Below, in pieces: positions 10,773 to 21,684 of a stretch of DNA of 64,000 bases. The DNA is from Nitrosopumilus sp. (lineage in GTDB: Archaea; Thermoproteota; Nitrososphaeria; Nitrososphaerales; Nitrosopumilaceae): contig OZ240211.1 in the NCBI GenBank assembly GCA_965197525.1, forward strand, positions 1,664,001 through 1,728,000, written 5' to 3'. A program made the translations under genes and the position numbers. Position 1 is the first letter of the stretch. Each line of letters opens with the position of its first letter. A model generated the notes under the pieces. It was not told the DNA's origin and did no database searches. It worked only from the letters and a program-made list of their open reading frames with translations.

Positions 10773-11200
10773 GCGATGAGGATATAGAACTAGAGCGACT
10801 AAAGGCAAAACGTTTTGCTGAGATGCAAAAGAACCTGTCTGTAAAACAAAAGAAGGTTGAATCTGAACCAAAACCCAAAACCAGTGACAAGACTCCTGGG
10901 GATTCTAGGTCCATACTAGTCCCAATACTTGGTTTTAGAGGCCTTGAGGTTCTAGAGCATGCCGAATCTCAATTTCCTCACCAGACTCCTATAATCATAA
11001 AGAAACTATCCGAGTTGATAAAGACTGGTGAGATCAACGAAGTTATTGACGGTGGAAAATTACTAACATTGTTTCGAGCAATAGGATTGAATATTCGAAT
11101 GGAGACTAAAATCAATATCGAACAGGATGGCAAATTCGTATCATTGAGTGATAAACTCAGTAATCATTCCTCCATTGATGATGTTGATGATGAACCATGA
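10769..11200 (+). CDS. PDCD5/TFAR19-like DNA-binding protein
   Basis: D.ELERLKAKRFAEM N-terminus; coupled to rtcB. Confidence 0.6.
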   Translation: MSDEDIELERLKAKRFAEMQKNLSVKQKKVESEPKPKTSDKTPGDSRSILVPILGFRGLEVLEHAESQFPHQTPIIIKKLSELIKTGEINEVIDGGKLLTLFRAIGLNIRMETKINIEQDGKFVSLSDKLSNHSSIDDVDDEP

Positions 11201-11514
11201 CTATAATTTTAGAGATTGGCTCCAAAAACTATGCTGATGATTCACTGTCAATCAAGATGGCATTGTCTCATCTAGAGAGTCTTGTAGGTTGCTACAACGG
11301 ATATGTTAAAAGTGAACCGTCATCAAAGTTTGGATGGACATTTTTTAGATTGGTCTTTAAACCTGATCTTCAATGCGGGATAGAAGAAAAATTCTTTGAT
11401 ATGATAACAAGATATCCTGGTAATGACAATTCGCAAAAGTTTGCTAAATTTATGAGCGATTACTTTATGTCGAAAAGATGTAATGGTATTACCGTAAAAC
11501 TTGTTACTGATTAG
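11197..11514 (+). CDS. Hypothetical protein
   Basis: ORF coupled to the upstream gene (ATGA overlap). Confidence 0.7.
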   Translation: MTIILEIGSKNYADDSLSIKMALSHLESLVGCYNGYVKSEPSSKFGWTFFRLVFKPDLQCGIEEKFFDMITRYPGNDNSQKFAKFMSDYFMSKRCNGITVKLVTD

Positions 11515-12101
11515 ACTCTTCTTCCTCTCTTTCCGCCTTTCTTTCTTGTGGTATCATGAGGGATGGGTGTTACATCATCAATACGCCCAATTTTGAATCC
11601 GCCTCTTGCCAGCGCTCTGATTGCAGCTTGTGCACTAGGACCTGGTACTCTGGAACCCACTCCGCCTACTGCCCGAACTCTGATATGAAATCCTGCAAAT
11701 CCTTTGGTTCTTGCAGATTCTAATACCGCATTTGCAGCCTTCATTGCAGCAAATGGCGATGCTTCGTATCTGTCAGCATTAACGTGAATTCCGCCTGAGC
11801 TAATCGATACTGTCTCTGCCCCTGTAAGGTCAGTCATGTGAATGATTGTATTGTTATAACTACTGTAAATATGAGCAATTCCCCATTTTTCTGGACTCTC
11901 TTTCTTTACTTCTGGCTCTATCTTTTTTTCTGTAGCCACACTTGGTTTTGATTTTTCTTGCTCTGCTGGTTTACTGTCTTTTGTATTCTCGGGCGTCTGT
12001 TCTTCTTTTACTATTGTTGCCGGCGTCTCTGCCTCTGGTGCTTGCTCTACTTGCACTTGTTGTTGTTCTGCCTCTGGAGTTATTGTTTCAGTATCTGACA
12101 A
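11511..12101 (-). CDS. rps11: 30S ribosomal protein S11 with an acidic N-terminal extension
   Basis: [26 protein letters not shown] and DVTPIPHD motifs. Confidence 0.97.
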   Translation of the reverse strand: MSDTETITPEAEQQQVQVEQAPEAETPATIVKEEQTPENTKDSKPAEQEKSKPSVATEKKIEPEVKKESPEKWGIAHIYSSYNNTIIHMTDLTGAETVSISSGGIHVNADRYEASPFAAMKAANAVLESARTKGFAGFHIRVRAVGGVGSRVPGPSAQAAIRALARGGFKIGRIDDVTPIPHDTTRKKGGKRGRRV

Positions 12102-12221
12102 TATCTAATCACATCTTAAAGGGTTTAAAAAACATTGATTTTTGATATACAGCTCTGATGTCAACTAGTTGCTCAATAATGCCCACAATAACGTTTGGCA
12201 TACTTGGCAATACCTCACATA

Positions 12222-12476
12222 TCAAATGCTTTTCTCAATTTCTTTGATATTTGTAATCGTACCTAGCACAGAGTCCATCTGAACTACTGCTCTCATCTTA
12301 TCAGGCCATCCTAACGCTACATACCAGTCTCCTGCATCATCATGGTATTTTGTCTCTAGTGTATTGATATTGTCAGGATTTACATCGTATTTCTTTGCAA
12401 TACCTGAAACAGCAAGCGATACTGCATCCCTCTCTTTCTCTAATCGTCTCTTCATTAATCCTATACCTGGACTCAT
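12222..12476 (-). CDS. Hypothetical protein
   Basis: Clean ORF in the core region. Confidence 0.7.
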   Translation of the reverse strand: MSPGIGLMKRRLEKERDAVSLAVSGIAKKYDVNPDNINTLETKYHDDAGDWYVALGWPDKMRAVVQMDSVLGTITNIKEIEKSI

Positions 12477-12584
12477 ATCTTACACTACCGTGTATAGTCA
12501 TCTGGTTCTTAAAAAATTGTTTGTTACATCAGCATTTTAACTAACATTATTATATTTCTCATCAGCCTCTTTTAGCTATTTATC

Positions 12585-13178
12585 ATGAGACTAATTCAGA
12601 GACTATCCCACCTCGCACCTGTAAAATCAGCTACGCTAGTATCTATTGTATCAATTCTTGCAGTGGTCGGACCTGTCATTATCGTATCTGCTGGGTTCTG
12701 GGATGCCATATCCCATCTTCAACAAGAGCCTGAATTTTTTTGGAGCCCCTCGCACATTGTGGTATACTTTGGGGTATCTCTGACTAGCTGCGCTGCAGTA
12801 ATTGGTTCCATTCTGCTACTGCGAAGATCAGTCCGTAGATCCTTGAAGACTGGAATCAAACTTGTAATTGCAGGTTCCATACTACAGGTTGTTGCAGGTT
12901 TTGGAGATTCCATATCTCATGATCTCTTTGGTATCGATGGACTAATCTCATGGTCACACCAGCCGCTTGAATTAGGGTTGGTACTTGCATCATTAGGCGC
13001 AGTCTTGATACTAAAAAACAGAGAACATACAAGACTAGGTGTTCTTTTACATTTCTCGATTATCGCATTTTTGTTCTTTACGACTTGGCTTGTCTTTAAT
13101 CTAATCTTGTTTTTTGGACATACCATCCAATGCATTCAAATCTATGAGATATTCTCTTCTGGCTGCTCTATAATGTAA
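12585..13178 (+). CDS. Multi-pass membrane protein
   Basis: Several hydrophobic segments; WD..SH and D..SH motifs. Confidence 0.75.
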   Translation: MRLIQRLSHLAPVKSATLVSIVSILAVVGPVIIVSAGFWDAISHLQQEPEFFWSPSHIVVYFGVSLTSCAAVIGSILLLRRSVRRSLKTGIKLVIAGSILQVVAGFGDSISHDLFGIDGLISWSHQPLELGLVLASLGAVLILKNREHTRLGVLLHFSIIAFLFFTTWLVFNLILFFGHTIQCIQIYEIFSSGCSIM

Positions 13179-13633
13179 TTTTTTATCTTAAAGTATGATG
13201 TAATCATAATTGCCAATGCGCCTATCACTACCATTATTCCTGGGGCAAACATCTCTTGGGAATTTGTATCCCCAAACTCTACTTGTAACCCTATCGTACC
13301 CTCAGAAATATTTATGATTCTTGCAGTGTATGTGCCATCTTCATTGAAATCAAAATACCCTACTGCCAATTTTGTTTTAATTCTCTCTTCGTTTATTACA
13401 TTGTTGTTGGCATCCAATATCTGAACAAATATCTCCTCCCCTGAGAAATTTGGCATATACATCTTGTAGTATCCTATACCTTGGCTGAACAACTCTTGCT
13501 GCACTTGAAAGGACTCTGTTGGCTTTACCAGTACCACACCTTTTGCCTTTTCAGTCTCGCCAAAAACAATCGAGATCCAAATTGCTCCTATTACCACAAA
13601 TGCCATCCCAATGATAAATGGAGATATCTTCAT
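13142..13633 (-). CDS. Membrane-anchored hypothetical protein
   Basis: N- and C-terminal hydrophobic helices around a beta-rich domain. Confidence 0.7.
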   Translation of the reverse strand: MKISPFIIGMAFVVIGAIWISIVFGETEKAKGVVLVKPTESFQVQQELFSQGIGYYKMYMPNFSGEEIFVQILDANNNVINEERIKTKLAVGYFDFNEDGTYTARIINISEGTIGLQVEFGDTNSQEMFAPGIMVVIGALAIMITSYFKIKNYIIEQPEENIS

Positions 13634-13788
13634 TATTATCGACGGTTATTTACCTTGTAAATAATCTATCTGTGCATTTATGGTTCAGATGATCCGGTTT
13701 GCTGTATCTGTTATTCTACCGGTCTGATTGATATACCATTTGATACGGACAATTAACTGAATTTGATATCTACAATAAAAAATATCAA

Positions 13789-13863
13789 GGGACTCGGAGG
13801 GCTTCGATCCCTCGACCTAGCGGTCCGAAGCCGCTTGCACTATCCAGACTATGCAACGAGTCC
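13789..13863 (-). tRNA. tRNA-Arg(TCG)
   Basis: Reverse complement GGACTCG...AGCGG-CTTCGGA-CCGCT...GATCGAAG...CGAGTCC folds as a cloverleaf. Confidence 0.93.
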
Positions 13864-13907
13864 AAACAAATAAAATATTAACAGGGCTAAATATCTGCCT
13901 AAATACA

Positions 13908-15092
13908 TTGAAAGTCTCCAAAAAAGTAGTGGGCGTAGAGTATGCTATACGGGATATCGTACTTGCAGCACGCGCAGTACAAAAGCGGGGATTGGCAGTA
14001 GATTATCTAAACATAGGCGATCCGGTACAATTTGGTTTTCAGCCACCTGAGAACGTCAAAATAGCTCTAATTGATGCAATTAACAGGGGCGATAACCACT
14101 ATTCCTCCTCTGAAGGTCTCTTGGAGTTAAGAGAGGAGATTGCCAAAAAAGAGAATGCCAAGGGGCTCTCAATAACTGCAGACGATGTTCTGATTACCAA
14201 TGGCGTCTCTGAAGGATTGGATATGATAATGTCCTCAATTGTTGAGGAAGGCGACCAAGTACTGCTACCTGGGCCGTACTATCCGCCCTATGCCTCATAC
14301 GTCAGACTACACGGCGGAGTCCCTGTAGAGTTTGCAGTAGACCTTGAGAACTCTACTCCTGACATTGATGACATCCTCTCAAAGATAACTCCACGGACAG
14401 TAGCAATATGTCTGATTAGCCCAAACAACCCTACAGGTGTAGTCTTTAATGAAAAATCCCTCAAAGATCTAGTTGATATTGCAGATCAAAATGATCTGTA
14501 CGTTATCTGCGATGAAATTTATGATCAGATTGTATTTGATAATAAATTTGTAGGTATAGGAAAGGTTGCATCTGATCTGCCAGTAATTTTGCTTAATGGA
14601 TTCTCAAAGGTCCACTTGATGTCTGGCTGGAGAATTGGCTATCTTGTATTTAATCACTCGCCTAGACTTGATAATCTACGTCAACACCTCCCAAAACTAG
14701 CTCGAGTTCGTATTGCAGCTAATCTTCCAATACAGCACGCTGCTTTGGAGTCATTGCGCGGTCCTCAGGACTACATTACCGATTTTGTCAGCCAGGTCAA
14801 AAAACGCCGTGATTTAGTGGTCAAACGACTAAACGATATACCAGGTCTGTCATGCCCTAATCCTCAGGGCTCTTTTTACGCATTTCCAAAGATTCACAAG
14901 AACCCATTTGACTCTGATAAAGAGTTTGTAGTAAAGTTGCTTGAAACAAAAGGCGTACTTGCAGTACACGGATCAGGATTCGGCGAACAGTACGGCCGTG
15001 ATCATTTCAGGTTGGTATATCTTGCAGATGTTGACGTGTTGGATTCTGCAATGAACAAGATTGAAGAGTTTGTCAGTACTGCCAAACTGTAA
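13908..15092 (+). CDS. PLP-dependent class I/II aminotransferase (TTG start at 13908; the track extension overlaps tRNA-Arg)
   Basis: LNIGDP, SPNNPTG, CDEIYD and GFSK...SGWRIG motifs. Confidence 0.92.
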   Translation: MKVSKKVVGVEYAIRDIVLAARAVQKRGLAVDYLNIGDPVQFGFQPPENVKIALIDAINRGDNHYSSSEGLLELREEIAKKENAKGLSITADDVLITNGVSEGLDMIMSSIVEEGDQVLLPGPYYPPYASYVRLHGGVPVEFAVDLENSTPDIDDILSKITPRTVAICLISPNNPTGVVFNEKSLKDLVDIADQNDLYVICDEIYDQIVFDNKFVGIGKVASDLPVILLNGFSKVHLMSGWRIGYLVFNHSPRLDNLRQHLPKLARVRIAANLPIQHAALESLRGPQDYITDFVSQVKKRRDLVVKRLNDIPGLSCPNPQGSFYAFPKIHKNPFDSDKEFVVKLLETKGVLAVHGSGFGEQYGRDHFRLVYLADVDVLDSAMNKIEEFVSTAKL

Positions 15093-15480
15093 GTTTTACT
15101 GGTGTTATCTGTATTATACAGTCAGTCTCATCTAGCAATTCTTCTGCTGATTCATTGCCATCAATCTCATCAAAATATCGTAAAAGAATCTGCCGTCCTA
15201 TTCTCTTTACCTTTTGCTTGTCTGCTGTGAGTAACTCTGCTGTTCCCTGTCCTAGAACTCCGTATATGTTCGGTGCATGAACCCCAACATCTACACAAAA
15301 TGAGATTTGAGTGTTCTGTGTTACGTTTTTTGCCTTTTGAGTCTTGGTGTTTGTTCCAACGTAAATCTTTCCTTTTTGGTATTTGTACCAAACCGGCACG
15401 ATATGTGGCATGCCATCCTTTCCTACTGTTGCTAGTCGCAGTATCTTTTGCTCTTTTAGAAATTCATCTCTTTTGTTCAT
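15073..15480 (-). CDS. Pyridoxamine 5'-phosphate oxidase-family (FMN/F420-binding) protein
   Basis: LRLATVGKDGMPHIVPVWY...TQKAKN...SFCVD. Confidence 0.85.
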   Translation of the reverse strand: MNKRDEFLKEQKILRLATVGKDGMPHIVPVWYKYQKGKIYVGTNTKTQKAKNVTQNTQISFCVDVGVHAPNIYGVLGQGTAELLTADKQKVKRIGRQILLRYFDEIDGNESAEELLDETDCIIQITPVKLTVWQY

Positions 15481-15736
15481 GACTTTCTCCTCTTTTTATT
15501 CCTCCTTCTCCTCTTCCTTTTCTTCTAAGCCCCATCATTATCATAAAAACCCCAAAACCCATCATTGCCATTGAGATCTTTTCATTGGTTAGATTACCGT
15601 CGAATAAAAAATCAGATACAAACTCTGGTCCCACTATGAGCAGTTGTTGGATTAGTACTATACCCGCCATGACGCAAAACAATACACCCATTGCTGTAAA
15701 CCAATTTCTGCCACGTCTATAGTATTCATTACTCAT
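15464..15736 (-). CDS. Small two-helix membrane protein
   Basis: Two hydrophobic segments. Confidence 0.65.
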   Translation of the reverse strand: MSNEYYRRGRNWFTAMGVLFCVMAGIVLIQQLLIVGPEFVSDFLFDGNLTNEKISMAMMGFGVFMIMMGLRRKGRGEGGIKRGESHEQKR

Positions 15737-15743
15737 GATGGTG

Positions 15744-16415
15744 CTATACTATCTTGATACCTGGATTTCTTATCTTGTTTCTAATCATTGCATTTAGCAG
15801 TAGTGGTGTGGATATCTCTGCCATATATGATAGATTGCCAGGCCCTAGATAGATGGGCCTTAGTCCTTTTATCTCGTTGATTAATCCATTTACAATCTGA
15901 ACAGAGTCATCATCGTCACCACACACAAATATATCGTAGTCTAGTTCCAGTTTGGGATTGACTAGCTTTTTCTCTGAGATCACATGAAACGCTGAGATGA
16001 GTTTTGACTTGTCTTTCATGTGTGATGATACAAGCTGATACGAGAACGGCTTGTTCTCTTTTATTGGAATGAACTCAAACCCTACATCTGTCTTTACCAT
16101 TGGAACAATAGGCGATACGACAACGCAGCTATCCTTGATTTCGGGCAATATCTCAGAACATATGGAGTCAATGTTTTCATACGGAATTGATAAAATCAAG
16201 ACATCACTGTCTCTTGCCACTGAGATATTATCCCCCCCTGAAATTTTTCCATTTATCTCTCCGAATGCTTCGTTTGCAAGATTAGTGTACTGTTTGGCTG
16301 ATTCAGATGCTCTTTTGGCATCCCTTGAGCCTATGAGTATTTCGTGATTCTGCGACCAACGTAGTGCAAATCCTTTGCCCATTCCGCCGGTACCTCCGAT
16401 TATTCCAACTCTCAT
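15744..16415 (-). CDS. npdG: F420-dependent NADP oxidoreductase
   Basis: IIGGTGGMGKG, IGSRDAKRA and SAFHVIS motifs. Confidence 0.9.
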   Translation of the reverse strand: MRVGIIGGTGGMGKGFALRWSQNHEILIGSRDAKRASESAKQYTNLANEAFGEINGKISGGDNISVARDSDVLILSIPYENIDSICSEILPEIKDSCVVVSPIVPMVKTDVGFEFIPIKENKPFSYQLVSSHMKDKSKLISAFHVISEKKLVNPKLELDYDIFVCGDDDDSVQIVNGLINEIKGLRPIYLGPGNLSYMAEISTPLLLNAMIRNKIRNPGIKIV

Positions 16416-16470
16416 AATGATAATAACTATCTGACAATGTTATTATTATCTCTATTTGATTTCGGATTAA

Positions 16471-17091
16471 TTGGGTCAAATAATTTTTCTCAGACACGGT
16501 CAAGCCGAAAATAATGTCAAACGAGTTCTGTCAGGACGAACTCCCGGTGTTCCTTTGACTGATACCGGTGTTAACCAGGCACGTCTTTGTGCTGAATTCT
16601 TAGAAGAGATGAACATATCTGCAATATACTCCAGTCCAATCCAACGAGCCAAGCATACTGCAGATACTGTGGGAGAACATCTGTCACTGGATGTCACAGC
16701 TGATGAACGTTTAACCGAACTTGATATGGGAAAGTTTACTGGAATGCAATACAATGAGATTGTTACCAATCACGGCAACGTCTTTATGAAATTCTACGAC
16801 GGTGAGTTAGAGATTGCACACAATGGTGTAGAAACTTTTGATCAGGTCAAAAAACGAGTAATCAGTATGATTGACGCAGTCTTAAAAAAACATCCAGATG
16901 AAAATGTATTGCTTGTATCTCACATGGATCCCATTAAAGCAATGCTTTCAACAGTGGTGAGTTTTTCTCCTGTAAATTTATTTGAATTGATCATTGCAAA
17001 TGCCTCCTTGACTATATTTGGCGAACACGATCAAAAATTTTCTCTTTTGGGATTAAACGTCATGCATTCATCACGATTTAACTCTGATTGA
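16471..17091 (+). CDS. Histidine phosphatase (phosphoglycerate mutase family)
   Basis: FLRHGQ, SSPIQRA and VSHMD motifs. Confidence 0.9.
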   Translation: MGQIIFLRHGQAENNVKRVLSGRTPGVPLTDTGVNQARLCAEFLEEMNISAIYSSPIQRAKHTADTVGEHLSLDVTADERLTELDMGKFTGMQYNEIVTNHGNVFMKFYDGELEIAHNGVETFDQVKKRVISMIDAVLKKHPDENVLLVSHMDPIKAMLSTVVSFSPVNLFELIIANASLTIFGEHDQKFSLLGLNVMHSSRFNSD

Positions 17092-17984
17092 TAAACTTAC
17101 ATGTGGCGTGTCATTTAGTTCTGAGGTTTTATCATCTTTGATAGTTTGTCATCTTGTAACTGCATTTTTTTAATGCATTAATTCAATAATTAGATGCATC
17201 ATCTACTTGCTCTTAATTCTGTAGAATGCTCTTGTCGTGTATTATTATTATTATTTGTCATATGTTATTATTATTATATCATCATCGTCAATATAATGGA
17301 ATAATACACTTGTTCAATTCTTCAGATTTGTAATTGAGTCTACTATATTAAAAAAATGCATATTAAAATGTCATTTCTCCCAAAAATTTATTCGTGTAGC
17401 GTTGTAAATAGAATTTAACTATCTTTGAATAAAAGACATTATGGTATTTATAGTAAGACTAGTTGTAGTGACATGCAAATTAAGTCTAGGCAAATCTATT
17501 ATTTTACACATGCATACAGTATGCTTTATGCAACTTTGATTCTTGTGCCAGTTGACAGAAAGAAGCCATACTCGAATTTGCAAGAATATCATAGGTGGTG
17601 TGATGTTGCTAATAGCAATAACAAGACAATGATAATAATCCTATATGACCATAATCTGTAACATCAAACTGTTCAACATCTCTATATCCTTTCAACAACA
17701 TCGTTATCTCTATTTTTTTTTATTTCGCCCTCATAAATGACCATATCCTCGCCACCGCCATCAACATGCGTTATGATAATACCGTGTCATTATTTATTTA
17801 TCCAAAATCTGTTTTGTATCATAATAGTAGGAATGCACTCCTTGACCAATCTTAAATCTGCATAACTGTTACTATTTTAGGTACATGAAGAGAAATTGTC
17901 CAAAACTGCAATCTTGTTTGTACTTGATAATATTATCTTGAAAACCCTTAAATAGAAATTATTAACCACAAAATTCAAACTCTA

Positions 17985-18245
17985 ATGATGAAACTATTTG
18001 GATTATTAATGGTGCTAAGTATACTGGTGATAATACCGGCAGCAGATCTAGCATTTGCTGCAGGCGATGAACCAGGCGAATATCTTGATCGCAGGGTAGT
18101 AATCTGGAATCTATTTTACAGAATGATGACTGTTGCATTTACAGTTGGTGCTGTGGTATCAGGGACTATAGTCTGGCAGGTGTGGAGGTTCAGAGAGTCC
18201 CATCCAAAGGCAAAACCAACTCCATATGAGGGCAAGGACTGGTAG
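17985..18245 (+). CDS. Heme-copper oxidase subunit II N-terminal membrane part (separate gene)
   Basis: Two TM helices, WRFRESHP; first gene of the cox operon. Confidence 0.75.
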   Translation: MMKLFGLLMVLSILVIIPAADLAFAAGDEPGEYLDRRVVIWNLFYRMMTVAFTVGAVVSGTIVWQVWRFRESHPKAKPTPYEGKDW

Positions 18246-18247
18246 TC

Positions 18248-18679
18248 ATGGGTGGACACTCTAATTGGCCAGAATGGGTTTACATCGGAGTAGTAGTGGC
18301 ACTAATGACTTGGGTTGGTGCAGAGGCTTGGGAGGTTGAGCGACTAATTGAGCACGTTCCCGAGGACGCAGAAGTAATCAAGGTTGTAGGTCAACAGTGG
18401 TTCTGGTCATTTGAGCATGAGGATGGCACCAAAGAGATCGGAGAACTACATGTAGAGGCAGGAAAGGCATACAAATTTGAGGTAATGGCAACTGATGTAA
18501 ACCACTCTTTTAATATTCATGACTATGTTGTTTTAATGGATGCAATTCCAGGCAGAGTAAACACAGTATGGTTTGCCCCTGATGCACCCGGCGTTCATGA
18601 CATCCAGTGTAGAGAGTACTGTGGATTAATTCACTATAACATGCGTGGAACGCTTTATGTGGAGGAGCCGTCATCATGA
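18248..18679 (+). CDS. coxB: Cytochrome c oxidase subunit II (CuA domain)
   Basis: GQQWFW, DVNHSF and CREYCGLIHYNM CuA ligands. Confidence 0.95.
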   Translation: MGGHSNWPEWVYIGVVVALMTWVGAEAWEVERLIEHVPEDAEVIKVVGQQWFWSFEHEDGTKEIGELHVEAGKAYKFEVMATDVNHSFNIHDYVVLMDAIPGRVNTVWFAPDAPGVHDIQCREYCGLIHYNMRGTLYVEEPSS

Positions 18680-18737
18680 CTGTGCTTTTATCACAACAAC
18701 CATTCCGCGTGAATAGCAACAAGGAGGTTACTACCTG

Positions 18738-20264
18738 ATGGTTCTAGAATTACAAAAGCCGAGACCTATTTGGCAAATAATGTTCTCTACGCATCATACT
18801 GATATCGGTCTACTCTATCTGATCACCTCTCTTGCCTTCTTATTCTTGGGAGGAACACTTGCACTTGCAATCAGGGCAGAACTGTTCTTACCTGGCGCTC
18901 AGATTATTACAGATTCTATGACCTTTAACAGAATGTTTACCGTACACGGTACAACTCTGATCTTTTTGTTTATCATTCCATTTGCATCAGCAGTTGGTAA
19001 CTATTACGTACCAATCATGGTGCGATACAAAGACATGGCATATCCAAAACTCAATGCAATTGCATTTTGGATGATTCCACCTGCTGGCGCACTCATCTGG
19101 TTGGGATTTGCGGATTTTACGTGGTATGCCACTCCTCCGTATTCCATCATTAGTGCGCCCGGTCCTGCTGCTGATATGTGGATATTTGGCCTGAAGATAC
19201 TGGGCATATCGTCTGTGTTAGGCGCAATAAATTTCGTCGTTACAATTCTCAAATGCAAGCATCCTGACATGTCAATCGGTCAGGTTCCGTTACTTGCATG
19301 GTCATTCCTGTCATCATCTCTGATTATTCTTGTCGCAATCCCAACGTTTGCAGCAGCCTTACTCATGCTACTAACTGATAGACTAGGTGTTAGTGGATTC
19401 TTTAATCCTGCACTGGGCGGTGACCCGATAGCATATGCCCACCTGTTCTGGTTTACATTTCATCCTGAAGTGTACGTGCTAGTCATTCCTGCCATCGGCA
19501 TGATGTATGAGATTATTCCAAGATTCTCTAGAAAACCAATCTACAGCTACAACTCTGGCGTATTTGCATTTGTATTGCTATCAATTGTAGGTTTTTCCTC
19601 TTGGGCGCATCACATGTATGCAACAGGAATGTCATTTACTGAAAAGACTGTCTTTATGGTAGGAACGCTTGCTGCTGTACCTGCATCTGCAATGCATGTC
19701 TTTAATTTTATTGCAACAATGTGGAATGGAAGAATCAAGTTCTCAACCCCGATGATGTGGGCAGTAGGTGGAATTGCATTGTTCTTCTCTGCAGGGGCAG
19801 GCGGTGTAGTTAATAGTGCAATGCCTCTGGACTTTACAACTCACGACACATACTGGGTAGTAGGACACTTCCATCTGTTTGTGATGGGTACAATAGCATT
19901 TGGTTCTATTGGTTATCTATACTACATGTTCCCATACGTCACAGGCAGAATGTACAATGAAACAATGGGTAAGATTCACTTTATCATGTCATTTATTGGA
20001 ACCGTCTTGGTATTCTTCACGCAACACGTTCTTGGTCTGTACGGAATGCCAAGAAGAATATTTGACTATCCGCCAATCCCTGAATGGATTGCTATGAACC
20101 AGATTGCAACTATTGGTGCAATGATAATTGGTGTCAGCATGGCCATATTCTTGGCAAATATGATACACAGTTCTGGAAAAGGAAAACTTGCAAATATTGA
20201 GGATCCATTCGGTCTGGGTGGCAAATACTATTATCCCTTTGGAGCAAAGAATCCATCACACTAG
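18738..20264 (+). CDS. coxA: Cytochrome c oxidase subunit I
   Basis: VHG, FTFHPEVY, WAHH, VGHFH and PRR motifs. Confidence 0.97.
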   Translation: MVLELQKPRPIWQIMFSTHHTDIGLLYLITSLAFLFLGGTLALAIRAELFLPGAQIITDSMTFNRMFTVHGTTLIFLFIIPFASAVGNYYVPIMVRYKDMAYPKLNAIAFWMIPPAGALIWLGFADFTWYATPPYSIISAPGPAADMWIFGLKILGISSVLGAINFVVTILKCKHPDMSIGQVPLLAWSFLSSSLIILVAIPTFAAALLMLLTDRLGVSGFFNPALGGDPIAYAHLFWFTFHPEVYVLVIPAIGMMYEIIPRFSRKPIYSYNSGVFAFVLLSIVGFSSWAHHMYATGMSFTEKTVFMVGTLAAVPASAMHVFNFIATMWNGRIKFSTPMMWAVGGIALFFSAGAGGVVNSAMPLDFTTHDTYWVVGHFHLFVMGTIAFGSIGYLYYMFPYVTGRMYNETMGKIHFIMSFIGTVLVFFTQHVLGLYGMPRRIFDYPPIPEWIAMNQIATIGAMIIGVSMAIFLANMIHSSGKGKLANIEDPFGLGGKYYYPFGAKNPSH

Positions 20265-20276
20265 AGTTGATATGAA

Positions 20277-21236
20277 ATGAGTCACGATAATACCTCCTCT
20301 CAAACAGTTTACAGAACTAGTGCATCTAGAACTGGAAAGATGATGGCCATCATGTTAGGCATATGTATAGTTGGCGGCGCAATATTCTTTGCAATGGGGG
20401 ATTACTGGATATCTGAACCAGCTCCTATAGTTGCGATGATGGCCGGTGAAAGGAATACCGAAGTAGCCGTTCAGACAGGTAAGACTATCACAGAGAATCT
20501 GTCGTTTGTAGAGTCTGACAATCTTTTGGTTTTGGGATTCAATGCTATAATTGGTGAGGAGGACAGCAACCCTACAATCCATGTCAATGTGGGTGATAAG
20601 ATCATATTCAATGTTGATAATGCAGGAAGATCATTTCATGCATTTGGTGTAACTGCAGATACTGAAGGGTTCCAAGGAATAATTCCAAACAGTGAGATTG
20701 CTAGTCCAAACAATCCTTTGACTAAAGGTCAGAGCGGAACATCTGAATTTGTTGCAGGTCAGGAAGGTACGTACTATTACATTTGTACTGTTGCAGGACA
20801 CAGAGAACAGGGAATGGTAGGCGAAATTATCGTAGGCCCCGCAGAGGCTCCCCGAGAGGCTGCACCACCTACAGGCAACTCTGTAGAGTTTAATTTGGAC
20901 TTTGTAGAAGCAGATGACTTCATAACTTTTGGATTTAATGCAGTTGTAGGTGAAGAGGGAAGCAATCCTGACATCCGCGTGAACTCCGGAGATGAGGTAA
21001 CCGTAACTACTGCTAACTTGGGACGGTCATTTCATTCATTTGCAGTTGTCACAAACCCTGAAGATTTTAACAGTATAGTTATGGATTCAGCGATTGGCAG
21101 TCAGCTGAGTCCGTTACGACAAAATGAGAGTGGCTCTGTCACATTTCTTGCAGGAGCTCCTGGGAATTACTATTACATCTGTACTGTCCCCGGACATTCA
21201 TTGCAGGGAATGCAGGGTAACTTTATAGTGGAATAA
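20277..21236 (+). CDS. Membrane-anchored protein with two blue-copper (cupredoxin) domains
   Basis: Two copies of HxF...YYICTVxGH...GM. Confidence 0.92.
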   Translation: MSHDNTSSQTVYRTSASRTGKMMAIMLGICIVGGAIFFAMGDYWISEPAPIVAMMAGERNTEVAVQTGKTITENLSFVESDNLLVLGFNAIIGEEDSNPTIHVNVGDKIIFNVDNAGRSFHAFGVTADTEGFQGIIPNSEIASPNNPLTKGQSGTSEFVAGQEGTYYYICTVAGHREQGMVGEIIVGPAEAPREAAPPTGNSVEFNLDFVEADDFITFGFNAVVGEEGSNPDIRVNSGDEVTVTTANLGRSFHSFAVVTNPEDFNSIVMDSAIGSQLSPLRQNESGSVTFLAGAPGNYYYICTVPGHSLQGMQGNFIVE

Positions 21237-21240
21237 GAAG

Positions 21241-21684
21241 TTGGCAATTCAATACCTTGCCTTATCAACTATGATTGTTCTATATTCTCTGATATTTATT
21301 GGAGGGTATATCTCTGCTGCAGGACTGGGTCTGACCTGTCCTGAATGGCCGTTGTGCCCTAATGGTATAATGCCGTCAGAGGAGTATCTCATTGAATGGG
21401 TTCATAGACTGGTTGCAGCAACTACTGGCGGACTTGTAATTGCGACGATGGTTGCTAGTCTGATAAACAAGAACGCCGAATGGAAAATAAAGACAACAAG
21501 TACACTTGCAACTGTGTTTGTTCTAACCCAGATAGGGTTGGGTGCTCTGGTAATTGACTTGAAACTGCATGCCGTATTGGTGGCAATCCACCTGGGAATT
21601 GGGGTATTACTGTTCTCCATGGTATTATTAACTACGGTATTTGCATTTAGATTATCCAAAACTTCAATGTTGTCTAAGGTTTGA
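21241..21684 (+). CDS. ctaA: Heme A synthase-like (COX15/CtaA)
   Basis: GLTCPEWPLC, EWVHRL and AIHLG motifs. Confidence 0.88.
   Translation: MAIQYLALSTMIVLYSLIFIGGYISAAGLGLTCPEWPLCPNGIMPSEEYLIEWVHRLVAATTGGLVIATMVASLINKNAEWKIKTTSTLATVFVLTQIGLGALVIDLKLHAVLVAIHLGIGVLLFSMVLLTTVFAFRLSKTSMLSKV

Noticed and set aside
11511-12101. Acidic N-terminal extension of S11
   Set aside because: Low-complexity extension, likely lineage-typical; no further signal
13851-13907. N-terminal extension of the aminotransferase in the ORF track
   Set aside because: Overlaps tRNA-Arg; TTG at 13908 gives a normal start
17100-17980. About 880-bp AT-rich gap with TTA/TCA micro-repeats upstream of the cox operon
   Set aside because: No convincing ORF, RNA structure or regular repeat; the short track ORFs look random
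17985-21684. Split CoxB and double-cupredoxin gene as novelty
   Set aside because: This is the usual terminal-oxidase organisation in ammonia-oxidising archaea
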